Below, piece by piece: positions 24,844-32,200 of a DNA stretch of 32,200 nt (positions are counted from its first letter, which is position 1; each line of letters begins with the position of its first letter). The position numbers and the translations under genes were made by a program. The notes below the pieces were generated by a model. It did no database searches. It was not told the DNA's origin and saw only the letters and a program-made list of their open reading frames with translations. Origin of the DNA: Patescibacteria group bacterium (lineage in GTDB: Bacteria; Patescibacteriota; Microgenomatia; JACPZF01); contig JAMDAL010000001.1 of assembly GCA_023484305.1 (NCBI GenBank), positions 1 through 32,200 on the forward strand. The letters are read 5' to 3'.

Positions 24844-24850
24844 CCGTCTA

Positions 24851-24879
24851 TTGACATTACATATCTTTTGTCATATCAT
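24851..24879 (+). promoter_or_regulatory. TA operon promoter with operator
   Basis: TTGACA-17-TATCAT; TGACA-N12-TGTCA inverted repeat. Confidence 0.75.
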
Positions 24880-24882
24880 TAG

Positions 24883-25170
24883 ATGATGAAATATTTCGAT
24901 TGGGACGAGGTGAAAAACGGAAAACTTAAGGCTGAAAGGGATATTTCTTTTGAGGAAGCAATTATTGCCATAGAGGCAGAAGGCATTTTAGATATAGTTG
25001 ATCATCCTAATCAAAAACGCTATCCCGGACAAAAAATTTTCGTGGTCAATATTAACATTTACGCGTATTTAATTCCTTTTGTGGAAGATACGGAAAAAAT
25101 ATTTTTAAAAACCATTATATCAAGCAGAAGAGCAACAAAGAAATATTTAATAGAGAGGAGAAAAGTATGA
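24883..25170 (+). CDS. BrnT-like (RelE fold) toxin; start may be 24886
   Basis: FDWDEVKN..LKAERDISFEE, HPNQ..YP, FLKTI..SRRAT. Confidence 0.85.
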   Translation: MMKYFDWDEVKNGKLKAERDISFEEAIIAIEAEGILDIVDHPNQKRYPGQKIFVVNINIYAYLIPFVEDTEKIFLKTIISSRRATKKYLIERRKV

Positions 25171-25445
25171 AATATTTTGACTTAGACCAGGAAGAAAAAG
25201 AAATTTTACAGGCCTTGGAAAAAGGCAAATTAAAAAGCGCGGGAAATATTGCGAAGGTGAAAAAGCAATACGAACAATACGCTCGGGAAACTCTAGCCAA
25301 GACCAAAAATATTAATATCAGGTTGTCACAAAAAGACCTTTTAAAACTTAAGGCCAAGGCGGTTGAGCTTGGTTTGCCCTATCAGACACTGATAGCCTCG
25401 GCCCTGCATCAGTATGCGGGCAGGCCAGAGTCTGTTTTTGCATAA
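25167..25445 (+). CDS. CopG/RHH-type antitoxin
   Basis: KNINIRLS..DL..LKAKA...GLPYQTLI; overlaps the toxin stop. Confidence 0.85.
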   Translation: MKYFDLDQEEKEILQALEKGKLKSAGNIAKVKKQYEQYARETLAKTKNINIRLSQKDLLKLKAKAVELGLPYQTLIASALHQYAGRPESVFA

Positions 25446-25500
25446 ACCGTTAGAGAAAAGATGTTTATGAGGTTCTTAGACAAATGCAAAAGTAAAATAA

Positions 25501-25785
25501 TTAAGTACCTTTTAACTTAATATCTTCATCCCCAATCTCCATTTTTTGTCCCGGTTTCAAGTCAAAAAAAACCGAACCGTGACCTTGAATGGAAATGTCA
25601 GGCGTTTTGTCTTTAGGCGAAAGTTTAACATCTGTGGCAAAGCGCTCATTAGTTATTAGTACAGTTCCACCTTTTGCCCAACCGTGTATGTTTGCTGTTG
25701 CGCCTCCTGCTAGGGGTATTTTTTTGTTTTCGCCGCTTCCTACAATAATTCTTTCTCCTTTAACAATTCCTAAAATTGGTGCCAT
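25501..25785 (-). CDS. Hypothetical small beta-rich protein
   Basis: SD AAGGAGG; promoter TTGACT-17-TAGACT (25841-25813). Confidence 0.75.
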   Translation of the reverse strand: MAPILGIVKGERIIVGSGENKKIPLAGGATANIHGWAKGGTVLITNERFATDVKLSPKDKTPDISIQGHGSVFFDLKPGQKMEIGDEDIKLKGT

Positions 25786-25868
25786 ATTTTCCTCCTTTAT
25801 AATTTAGCCCATAGTCTACCAATCTCTCTTAATAAAGTCAATGGCTCGTAACAAAGCCACAAAGTCGT

Positions 25869-25970
25869 TGTCATTTTGAGCACATTCGACAAGCTCAGTG
25901 TAAACTGTGCGAGGAATCTTATTCCATAGACCTGATTTGTATGAGATCCTTCACTTCGTTCAGGATGACA
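25869..25970. repeat. TGTCATTYTGAGC..CAGGATGACA element with nested TTCGACAAGCTCAG unit
   Basis: Terminal IR; GAATCT/AGATCC inner stem; sister copy at 26608. Confidence 0.85.
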
Positions 25971-26052
25971 CGGTACTGTTTGGTAGCTACGTTCCCAATG
26001 TGTATTGGGATCTTCGCAATGATAAATAAAGGAAAGTGGTATACTTTAGGAT

Positions 26053-26604
26053 ATGGCAAATTATGAAAAAGATCAAAAACTGGTAGCAGAGATTTTAAAA
26101 GGAAACGAAAAAGCCCTGCGGGAATTTTATCAAACCCATTCTCCCAGGCTTTTTAGCTATATTTTAAGAAAAGTTGCCAAAGAAGAAGACAGCCAGGAAC
26201 TTTTGCAGGACACCCTCTTTGCCGGTCTGGAAGCCATGCGCGACTATGAGGGTAAAAGCAGTCTCTTTACATTTCTCTGTGCCATCGCCAACCATAAGGT
26301 GGTTGATTTTTACCGCAAAAAAAAGCTTAGACAAATGCTGTTTTCCCAAATGCCGAATTTGGGAAATTTAATCAGCGAACTGTTAAGCCCCGAAGAGCGA
26401 TACAATAAAACGGAGCTTAAAGAAAAAATAAAACTCTGCTGGGCCAGTTTGCCGCAAAGATACCAGACTATTTTGCGGCTAAAATACGTGGAGGGTTTAA
26501 CGGTTGTGCAGATTGCCGGCGATTTAAAAGAAACCGTCAAAAGCATAGAGTCAGCGCTTTTTCGCGCCAGAAAGGCCTTTATCAAAGTCTATACACAAAT
26601 ATAG
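26053..26604 (+). CDS. ECF-type RNA polymerase sigma factor
   Basis: Region 2 ELLQDT..FTFLCAIANHKVVDFYRK; region 4 LP..YQ.IL.LKYVEGL..IA..LFRAR. Confidence 0.92.
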   Translation: MANYEKDQKLVAEILKGNEKALREFYQTHSPRLFSYILRKVAKEEDSQELLQDTLFAGLEAMRDYEGKSSLFTFLCAIANHKVVDFYRKKKLRQMLFSQMPNLGNLISELLSPEERYNKTELKEKIKLCWASLPQRYQTILRLKYVEGLTVVQIAGDLKETVKSIESALFRARKAFIKVYTQI

Positions 26605-26607
26605 TTA

Positions 26608-26695
26608 TGTCATTCTGAGCAAAGCGAAGAATCTCTCGCGAATGCGAGTAGCTCAAACAAGTTGAGAGATCCTTCGGCGAAGCCCCAGGATGACA
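26608..26695. repeat. TGTCATTCTGAGC..CAGGATGACA element
   Basis: TGTCATTCTGAGCAAAGCGAAGAATCTCTC...GAGAGATCCTTC...CAGGATGACA fills the intergenic gap. Confidence 0.85.
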
Positions 26696-26699
26696 AAAA

Positions 26700-26957
26700 A
26701 TGAAAAAGAAAAAACTTTCCCAAAAATTTTCTCAAAATCTTCTTAGGCAACTTTCTTTTAAACAAGACGAAGTGTCCCAACTTCCCCCTCAGACCATGGG
26801 GCCGTTAACTCCAATTTACAAAAAAGCCGCCAGCCGTTTAAAAGTTAATCCCTGGAAAATTCTTATACCGATTTCTTTAATCTTGGCCCTTTTGGTTTTA
26901 AAGATGACCGGACTGTTTTCTGTTAAACTGGTTTCGGTTCTACAGCAGGCTTTTTAG
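26700..26957 (+). CDS. Small membrane protein (possible anti-sigma factor)
   Basis: 85 aa with C-terminal TM, directly after the ECF sigma gene. Confidence 0.65.
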   Translation: MKKKKLSQKFSQNLLRQLSFKQDEVSQLPPQTMGPLTPIYKKAASRLKVNPWKILIPISLILALLVLKMTGLFSVKLVSVLQQAF

Positions 26958-26997
26958 TAAAGGAAAAACTCTTCTGGTCGCGACTAAAGATTTTGCC

Positions 26998-27630
26998 ATG
27001 TTAATTAGTCTTTCGCTGTCTTTGCTAAGGCTTTTTGCCAGATTTTCTGTCAATACCTACGGCGTTTTTCATAAACCCTATGAAACCTGGCGCCGGCTGG
27101 TACAGGAAAGCGACCTGGGACAAATTGCTATTTGGGGTTTTTTGCTTTGGGCATATCTGTCTGTGGCTGTGGTGGTAAAAAACGGCCTGGCCACAGGAGC
27201 CTTGTTTTTAACTTTTAATTTAAACCGCTTATTTAACATCACCGTTGTTTCTTTTATGGCGGTGACCCTGCTTTTTTGGCTGGCAGGGACCTGGTGCCAT
27301 GGCAGGGGCAGTCTTAAAGAAGTTGCCGCCAGCTGGGTTTTTTCCTATTTGCCGACTTTAATCTGGTTTTTTTCTACCACGATTTTATATTTGATTTTGC
27401 CTCCTCCCCGAACCCAAAGTTTTTTGGGCCAAATTTTTACTTTGGTTTTTCTGGCCTTTTCTTTAAGTTTGTTATTCTGGAAAATAATTCTGTACTATCT
27501 GACCATGCGTTTTGCCCTGCGAATGAACTTATGGCAAATACTAAGAGCCAGTTTGGTGATTGTACCGGCCTTAACGTGTTATTTTTTACTGTTAAACAGA
27601 CTGGGGTTTTATAAAATACCATTGGCGTGA
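26998..27630 (+). CDS. Yip1-like polytopic membrane protein
   Basis: KPYETWRRL N-terminal motif, FSYLP, about five TMs. Confidence 0.7.
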   Translation: MLISLSLSLLRLFARFSVNTYGVFHKPYETWRRLVQESDLGQIAIWGFLLWAYLSVAVVVKNGLATGALFLTFNLNRLFNITVVSFMAVTLLFWLAGTWCHGRGSLKEVAASWVFSYLPTLIWFFSTTILYLILPPPRTQSFLGQIFTLVFLAFSLSLLFWKIILYYLTMRFALRMNLWQILRASLVIVPALTCYFLLLNRLGFYKIPLA

Positions 27631-27631
27631 A

Positions 27632-27714
27632 ACACAGATTTAAACGGATGCAAAACTGATTTAAGCAGATATTTTTCTGTTTACATCTGCTTTTAATCCG
27701 CTTATATCTGTGTG
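27632..27714 (-). repeat. ACAGAT/ATCTG bipartite element, copy 1
   Basis: Reverse complement is 78/83 identical to 28888-28970. Confidence 0.92.
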
Positions 27715-27720
27715 AAAAAT

Positions 27721-28929
27721 ATGTTAAAAGGAACTAAATTAAAAGATTATCCTCATGCCCAAAAAAGACGGTTGTTTCTAGAGAAAACTTTGGGTATCAA
27801 CTTGTCTGGTTTGGGAGAATTTTCCTTTGCCGAGGATGCTGTTCGTAACAAAAATATTGAAAATTTAGTGGGAGCCACACAAATACCCATGGGTGTGGCA
27901 GGACCAATTCTTGTTAACGGTCAGTTTGCCAGAGGGGAGTTTTATTTACCTTTAGCCACAACAGAAGGGGCCTTGGTGGCTTCGGTTTCCCGCGGGTGCA
28001 AGGCAATTAGTCGGTCTGGCGGAGTAACAGTGTTAGTAGAAAATGTTGGTACTACCCGCGCCCCGGTTTTTCAGACCAAGGGAATTTCAGAAAGCAAAAA
28101 ATTAATTAAGTGGGTAGAAAATAATTTTTCCGCATTACAAAAGGTGGCAGAAAATTCTTCGTCACACCTTAAACTTTTAAACTTTAAACCATATTTTATG
28201 GGAAGAAACGTGTGGTTAAGACTTAACTTTGACACCGCTGATGCGATGGGTATGAATATGGCGACAACAGCTGCCACTCTAATAATACGTATTATCGAAG
28301 TAAAAACAGGATGCAAATGCGTTTCCGTATCCGGCAACTTAGATGTTGATAAAAAACCCAGCTGGATAAATTTTTTGGAAGGAAGAGGCAAAAAAGTTTG
28401 GGCAGAAGCTGTGATTTCTAGAGAAATAGCGCAGGAGGTTTTAAAAACCACTCCGGACAAGATGGTTGAAACAAGCAGGGCCAAAGTTTTATATGGTTCA
28501 ATTTTGTCCGGCTCTTTAGGTTTTAACAGTCACTTTGCCAACATTATTGCCGCCTTATTTGCCGCCACCGGTCAGGATTTGGCCCATATTACTGAAGGAA
28601 GTTTAGGCGTGACTACGACTGAAATTTCAGACAAAGATTTATATATCAGCATTTACTTGCCGGACTTAATGATAGGTACGGTGGGCGGGGGTACCGGCCT
28701 TCCTGCGCAAAAAGAAGCCCTGTCTTTGTTAAAAATACCAGATCCTTCTTTAAAAAGCGGTCAACAGGTTTTAAAACTGGCGGAAATTATTGGCTCTGCG
28801 GTTTTAGCAGGAGAGTTGTCCTTATTGGGTGCGCTTGCAGCAGGCCAGTTAGCCAGTGCACATGAAAAACTTGGTAGAGGCAGGATGCACACAGATATAA
28901 GCGGATTAAAAGCAGATGTAAACAGATAA
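27721..28929 (+). CDS. hmgA: HMG-CoA reductase, class I (NADPH)
   Basis: ENLVG, LATTEGALVAS, DAMGMN, GQDLAH, GTVGGGT, catalytic His in HEKLGR. Confidence 0.96.
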   Translation: MLKGTKLKDYPHAQKRRLFLEKTLGINLSGLGEFSFAEDAVRNKNIENLVGATQIPMGVAGPILVNGQFARGEFYLPLATTEGALVASVSRGCKAISRSGGVTVLVENVGTTRAPVFQTKGISESKKLIKWVENNFSALQKVAENSSSHLKLLNFKPYFMGRNVWLRLNFDTADAMGMNMATTAATLIIRIIEVKTGCKCVSVSGNLDVDKKPSWINFLEGRGKKVWAEAVISREIAQEVLKTTPDKMVETSRAKVLYGSILSGSLGFNSHFANIIAALFAATGQDLAHITEGSLGVTTTEISDKDLYISIYLPDLMIGTVGGGTGLPAQKEALSLLKIPDPSLKSGQQVLKLAEIIGSAVLAGELSLLGALAAGQLASAHEKLGRGRMHTDISGLKADVNR

Positions 28930-28970
28930 ATACCTGCTTAAATCAGTTTGTCATCTGTTTAAATCTGTGT
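28888..28970 (+). repeat. ACAGAT/ATCTG bipartite element, copy 2
   Basis: Overlaps the hmgA 3' end and supplies its stop codon. Confidence 0.92.
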
Positions 28971-28978
28971 AAAAAATT

Positions 28979-30013
28979 ATGCTAACAGGTATCGTAGGTT
29001 ACGGCGTTTATATTCCAAAAGGAAGAATTAAAACTTCCGAAATTGCCCGCGTCTGGAAAAAAGAAGCCTCTGATTTAGAACATTCTTTGGGCGTTTTGGA
29101 AAAGGCAGTGGCTGCAATTGACGAAGACGCGGTCACTTTGGCCACCCAGGCGGGAAAGGATGCCATTTTTATGTCCGGGGTTAATCCGCAAGAAATTGAA
29201 GCCATGCTGGTTGGTTCCGAGTCTCATCCGTATGCGGTTAATCCTTCCAGTACTATTGTGGCTGAAGCCCTGGGATTTTCCAATTCCTACTTGGCAGCGG
29301 ATTTAGAGTTTGCCTGCAAGGCCGGAACCGCCGGGTTAATTTTTGTGGCCGGGTTGGTGGAAGCAGGAAAAATAAGTTTAGGCATGGCCATTGGTTCTGA
29401 CACGGCACAGGCCAAACCTCATGATGTTTTGGAATACACTGCAGGGGCAGGGGCAGGAGCATATCTTTTGGGCACGAAAAACATTTTGGCAAACATTCTG
29501 GATTACACTTCTTTTTCTTCCGACACTCCGGATTTTTGGCGCCGGGAAGGCATGCGCTATCCTTCTCATGGCGGCCGCTTTACCGGAGAACCGGCCTATT
29601 ACACTCATATTTTGGGGGCAGCAGAGGCGCTTTTGACCAAAACCAAAACCAAACCGAGCGATTATGATTATTGCGTTTTTCACAGCCCCAACGGCAAATT
29701 TCCCCAGGCAATTTATTCCAGATTAGGCTTTACACCGGAGCAATTTAAACCCGGATTTATTGTTGATAAAATCGGCAACCCTTATTCTGCTTCTTCGCTT
29801 TTATCTTTAGCGTCGGTTTTAGAAATTGCCAAACCCAAACAAAAAATCTTTCTGGTTTCTTATGGTTCCGGGGCAGGTTCAGACGCTTTTGCCTTAGAAA
29901 CGACAAATTTATTGCCAAAAGCCAGAACTAAAACCAAGCAGATTTCCTGGTTTATAAACAACAAAAATTATCTGGACTACATTCAATTATTAAAAAATGA
30001 AAAGAAAATTTAA
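28979..30013 (+). CDS. HMG-CoA synthase, archaeal type
   Basis: GSESHPYAV, DLEFACKAGT, FTGEPAY, FHSPNGKFP, IGNPYS, SYGSGAGSD. Confidence 0.95.
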   Translation: MLTGIVGYGVYIPKGRIKTSEIARVWKKEASDLEHSLGVLEKAVAAIDEDAVTLATQAGKDAIFMSGVNPQEIEAMLVGSESHPYAVNPSSTIVAEALGFSNSYLAADLEFACKAGTAGLIFVAGLVEAGKISLGMAIGSDTAQAKPHDVLEYTAGAGAGAYLLGTKNILANILDYTSFSSDTPDFWRREGMRYPSHGGRFTGEPAYYTHILGAAEALLTKTKTKPSDYDYCVFHSPNGKFPQAIYSRLGFTPEQFKPGFIVDKIGNPYSASSLLSLASVLEIAKPKQKIFLVSYGSGAGSDAFALETTNLLPKARTKTKQISWFINNKNYLDYIQLLKNEKKI

Positions 30014-30015
30014 AA

Positions 30016-30082
30016 GATAACGATTAAATATTAACGAGTTAACGGGTTAACGCGTTAATAAATAACCCGTTAATAATTAATA
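30016..30082. repeat. Octamer TTAACG array, intergenic
   Basis: TTAACGAG TTAACGGG TTAACGCG TTAA...TAACCCGTTAA. Confidence 0.75.
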
Positions 30083-30088
30083 AAAAAT

Positions 30089-31240
30089 ATGGCGATTACT
30101 GTTTTAGGCGCTTCTACCACTAATTTTGGTGAACTCTGGAATCAGAGTTTGCGCGATTTAATTAGAGAAGCCAGCCTCTTAGCCCTAAAAGATGCCAATT
30201 TAAGCCCCAAGGATGTGGAAGCGGTTTTTGTTGGCAATATGCTGTCAGGAATTTTAGGCAGTCAGGAACAATTAGGGCCGGTGGTAACAGAAGAGTTGGG
30301 CATAAATGTTTCTGCCACAAGGGTGGAGGCGGCTTGCGCCTCAGGGGGGCTGGCAATTTATGAAGCAGTTAACAGTTTATTGTCCCAAAGATTTACAACA
30401 GTTTTGGTCGTAGGCGCGGAAAAAATGACGGATAAACCAGCGGAAAAAATCACCAGCAGTTTAATGGCAGCCGGTTCTGATGCCGAAAGACAGGCCGGAG
30501 CGACTTTTCCCAGTTTGTATGCGCTTTTGGCCAAAGCGCATATGGAAAAATACGGGACCAGCGAAGAAGAAATGGCAGCCGTGGCAGTTAAAAATCACTA
30601 CCATGCTTCCTTAAACGGCCAGGCGCAGTTTCGCTTTTCCATTACCATAGAACAAGTTTTAAAAAGCACAAAAATTTGTGACCCCTTAAAACTTCTGGAC
30701 TGTTCGCCGATTACCGATGGGGCAGCAGCAGTGGTACTTACGTCAGAAAACAGTAAACAAAAAACAGTAAACAGGCATGTTTACATTAATGCTTGTGAGA
30801 CTGCAACCGATACTCTGGGTCTGGCGCAAAGAGAAAGTTTGACAGAGTTAAAAGCGACCAAACTGGCAGCAGAAAAGGCTTATAAAAAGGCCGGTGTCAC
30901 ACCCAAGGATATTGATGTGGCAGAACTTCATGACTGTTTTACTATTGCCGAGATTATGGCAGTTGAGGATTTAGGATTTTTTAAAAAAGGCGAAGCCGGA
31001 AAAAAATTTTTACAAGGAGAAACCAAATTGGGAAGCAAAGGCTTAATCACTAACACATCAGGGGGGCTCAAGGCCTGCGGGCATCCGGTGGGAGCAACCG
31101 GCATTAAACAAATTGCCGAGATTACCAAGCAGCTTAGGGGCAAAGCAGAGAAAAAACAAGTGGAAAATGCCAAGGTTGGGCTGTGTCAAAATGTAGGAGG
31201 GTCCGGCGCGACAGCAGTAGTTACTATTTTAACAAATTAA
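30089..31240 (+). CDS. Acetyl-CoA acetyltransferase (archaeal/SCP2-type thiolase)
   Basis: VEAACASGG, CSPITDGAAA, ELHDCF, SGGLKACGHPVGATG, NVGGSG. Confidence 0.95.
   Translation: MAITVLGASTTNFGELWNQSLRDLIREASLLALKDANLSPKDVEAVFVGNMLSGILGSQEQLGPVVTEELGINVSATRVEAACASGGLAIYEAVNSLLSQRFTTVLVVGAEKMTDKPAEKITSSLMAAGSDAERQAGATFPSLYALLAKAHMEKYGTSEEEMAAVAVKNHYHASLNGQAQFRFSITIEQVLKSTKICDPLKLLDCSPITDGAAAVVLTSENSKQKTVNRHVYINACETATDTLGLAQRESLTELKATKLAAEKAYKKAGVTPKDIDVAELHDCFTIAEIMAVEDLGFFKKGEAGKKFLQGETKLGSKGLITNTSGGLKACGHPVGATGIKQIAEITKQLRGKAEKKQVENAKVGLCQNVGGSGATAVVTILTN
30744..30774. repeat. Heptamer AACAG array inside thiolase (SENSKQKTVNR)
   Basis: CAGAAAA CAGTAAA CAAAAAA CAGTAAA CAG; same family as 14706 and 18170. 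Confidence 0.65.
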
Positions 31241-31241
31241 C

Positions 31242-31341
31242 AGCTTGCTAAGGTCGCTTAGCAATTTTTTCCGGCGTCAAAAGTCCTTCGACAAGCTCAG
31301 GACCGCGACTCCTCAAAAATTGTCTAAGCTCCCCGCAAGCT
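31242..31341. repeat. AGCTTGC..GCAAGCT palindromic element with nested TTCGACAAGCTCAG unit
   Basis: Terminal IR plus GCTTAGCAATTTTT/AAAAATTGTCTAAGC; 14-bp unit at 31287-31300 identical to 25885-25898. Confidence 0.8.
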
Positions 31342-31366
31342 TTAGAGATAAAAATAAGGAAAATTT

Positions 31367-31693
31367 ATGACTAGTCCAATAAAAATCTGGAGAGAACAGA
31401 AAAAAATTAAAAACTTTTTAGGTTTAAAAGGAAAAGTCGTCAGTGCGACTTTGGTGCGCGTGCCTCCTTTGGGATTTTCTAATCAGGCGCCGTATTTTGT
31501 GGCGATTGTGGATATGGAAAACCCAGCCAAAGGCGGGCAAGGCAAGCAACGGCTAATTGGCCAAATGGTGGATGTGTTTGAAACCGAAATAAAAACCGGG
31601 CAAAAAGTGGAAGTAGTTTACCGCAAATTGGCAGAGACAGACAAAGAAGACGTCATTCATTACGGTATAAAATTCAGACCAACCTCACCCTAA
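31367..31693 (+). CDS. DUF35 OB-fold protein lacking the zinc ribbon
   Basis: WR...GKVVS.T...PP.GF..APY.VAIVD...GQMVD...G.KV..VYRK...YGIKFRP; no cysteines; follows HMGS and thiolase. Confidence 0.88.
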   Translation: MTSPIKIWREQKKIKNFLGLKGKVVSATLVRVPPLGFSNQAPYFVAIVDMENPAKGGQGKQRLIGQMVDVFETEIKTGQKVEVVYRKLAETDKEDVIHYGIKFRPTSP

Positions 31694-31759
31694 CCACACA
31701 CCTCTCGGAGAGGGAATTATTTTTTTACCTTCTCCTTTTAGGAGAAGGCAGGATGAGGT
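31682..31759. repeat. CCTCxCCC double-hairpin element, copy 2
   Basis: ACCTCACCCTA...CCTTCTCCTTTTAGGAGAAGG...GGATGAGGT; inverted relative to the 13492 copy. Confidence 0.8.
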
Positions 31760-31765
31760 CTTTAT

Positions 31766-32200
31766 ATGAAAGAAATTACAGTTTCCGCCCCGGGAAAAGT
31801 GCATTTAACCTCTGCCCATATTGTGGTTTATGGCAAACCCGCCCTTCTTTGTGCCATAAATTTGCGCGTGACAGTCTCAATAAAAAACGAAAACCATCAG
31901 GGAAAAATTATCATCTCCAGCAATATCTTTAAAGATGCTTTAACTTTAGAGAACAAAAAGATTAAAACTTTTACAGCCCAGGCCAAAAAGAGCTGGGAAG
32001 AGTATGGAAAAACTAACAACATTGAATTAATAAAACCCCTTACCGAGCCTGCCGGTTTTGTCAAAATCATTATAGGAGAAACGCTGGCATATCTTAAGAA
32101 AGATTTAAAAGACGTGGAAATCAATATTAATTCCCAGGTTCCCTTGGGTGCCAACTTTGGCGGTTCGGCCTCAGTTTCCGCGGCTCTTTTTGGCCTGGGC
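31766..32200 (+). CDS. GHMP kinase, mevalonate kinase-like, partial and atypical
   Basis: Manual translation, open to window end: MKEITVSAPGKVHLTSAHIVVYGKPALLCAI...NSQVPLGANFGGSAS. Confidence 0.85.
   Translation, partial: MKEITVSAPGKVHLTSAHIVVYGKPALLCAINLRVTVSIKNENHQGKIIISSNIFKDALTLENKKIKTFTAQAKKSWEEYGKTNNIELIKPLTEPAGFVKIIIGETLAYLKKDLKDVEININSQVPLGANFGGSASVSAALFGLG

Noticed and set aside
26962-26986. ECF promoter GGAAAA..CGACTA before the Yip1-like gene
   Set aside because: Spacer is 13 nt, shorter than typical ECF spacing, and there is only one instance.
13492-31759. CRISPR array among the many repeats
   Set aside because: No regularly spaced identical repeats with unique spacers, and no cas genes.

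Overview
Bacterial genomic window, most likely Patescibacteria/CPR (Microgenomates-like). This is inferred from the archaeal-type mevalonate cluster, the CPR-style PBP1A, VanW and nucleotidyltransferase genes, and frequent leaderless promoters. It has two halves that meet at an IS481-family element (12389-13484). The left half (1-13.4 kb) looks accessory: secreted proteins, a phosphodiester glycosidase, a MacAB-like exporter, an FGE-fold protein, an ABC-2 exporter, and a PadR-DsrE-DUF302-ThrRS editing domain-SHOCT operon. Five promoters there share an 11-bp-spaced direct-repeat box. The right half (13.5-32.2 kb) is housekeeping: nth, tsaD, a cytidylyltransferase, VanW, a solute-binding lipoprotein, AI-2E, CvpA-CAP, PBP1A, a BrnT-like TA pair, an ECF sigma factor and the hmgA-HMGS-thiolase-DUF35-kinase operon. 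The strongest signal is that the right half carries 20 or more small repeat elements of about ten families. They nest inside each other, occupy 5' UTRs and operon junctions, and insert in frame into proteins: tsaD carries five, one 77-bp element is shared by two unrelated genes, and hmgA is bracketed by an 83-bp inverted pair. I saw none of these elements in the left half. All calls were made by eye with no database searches.
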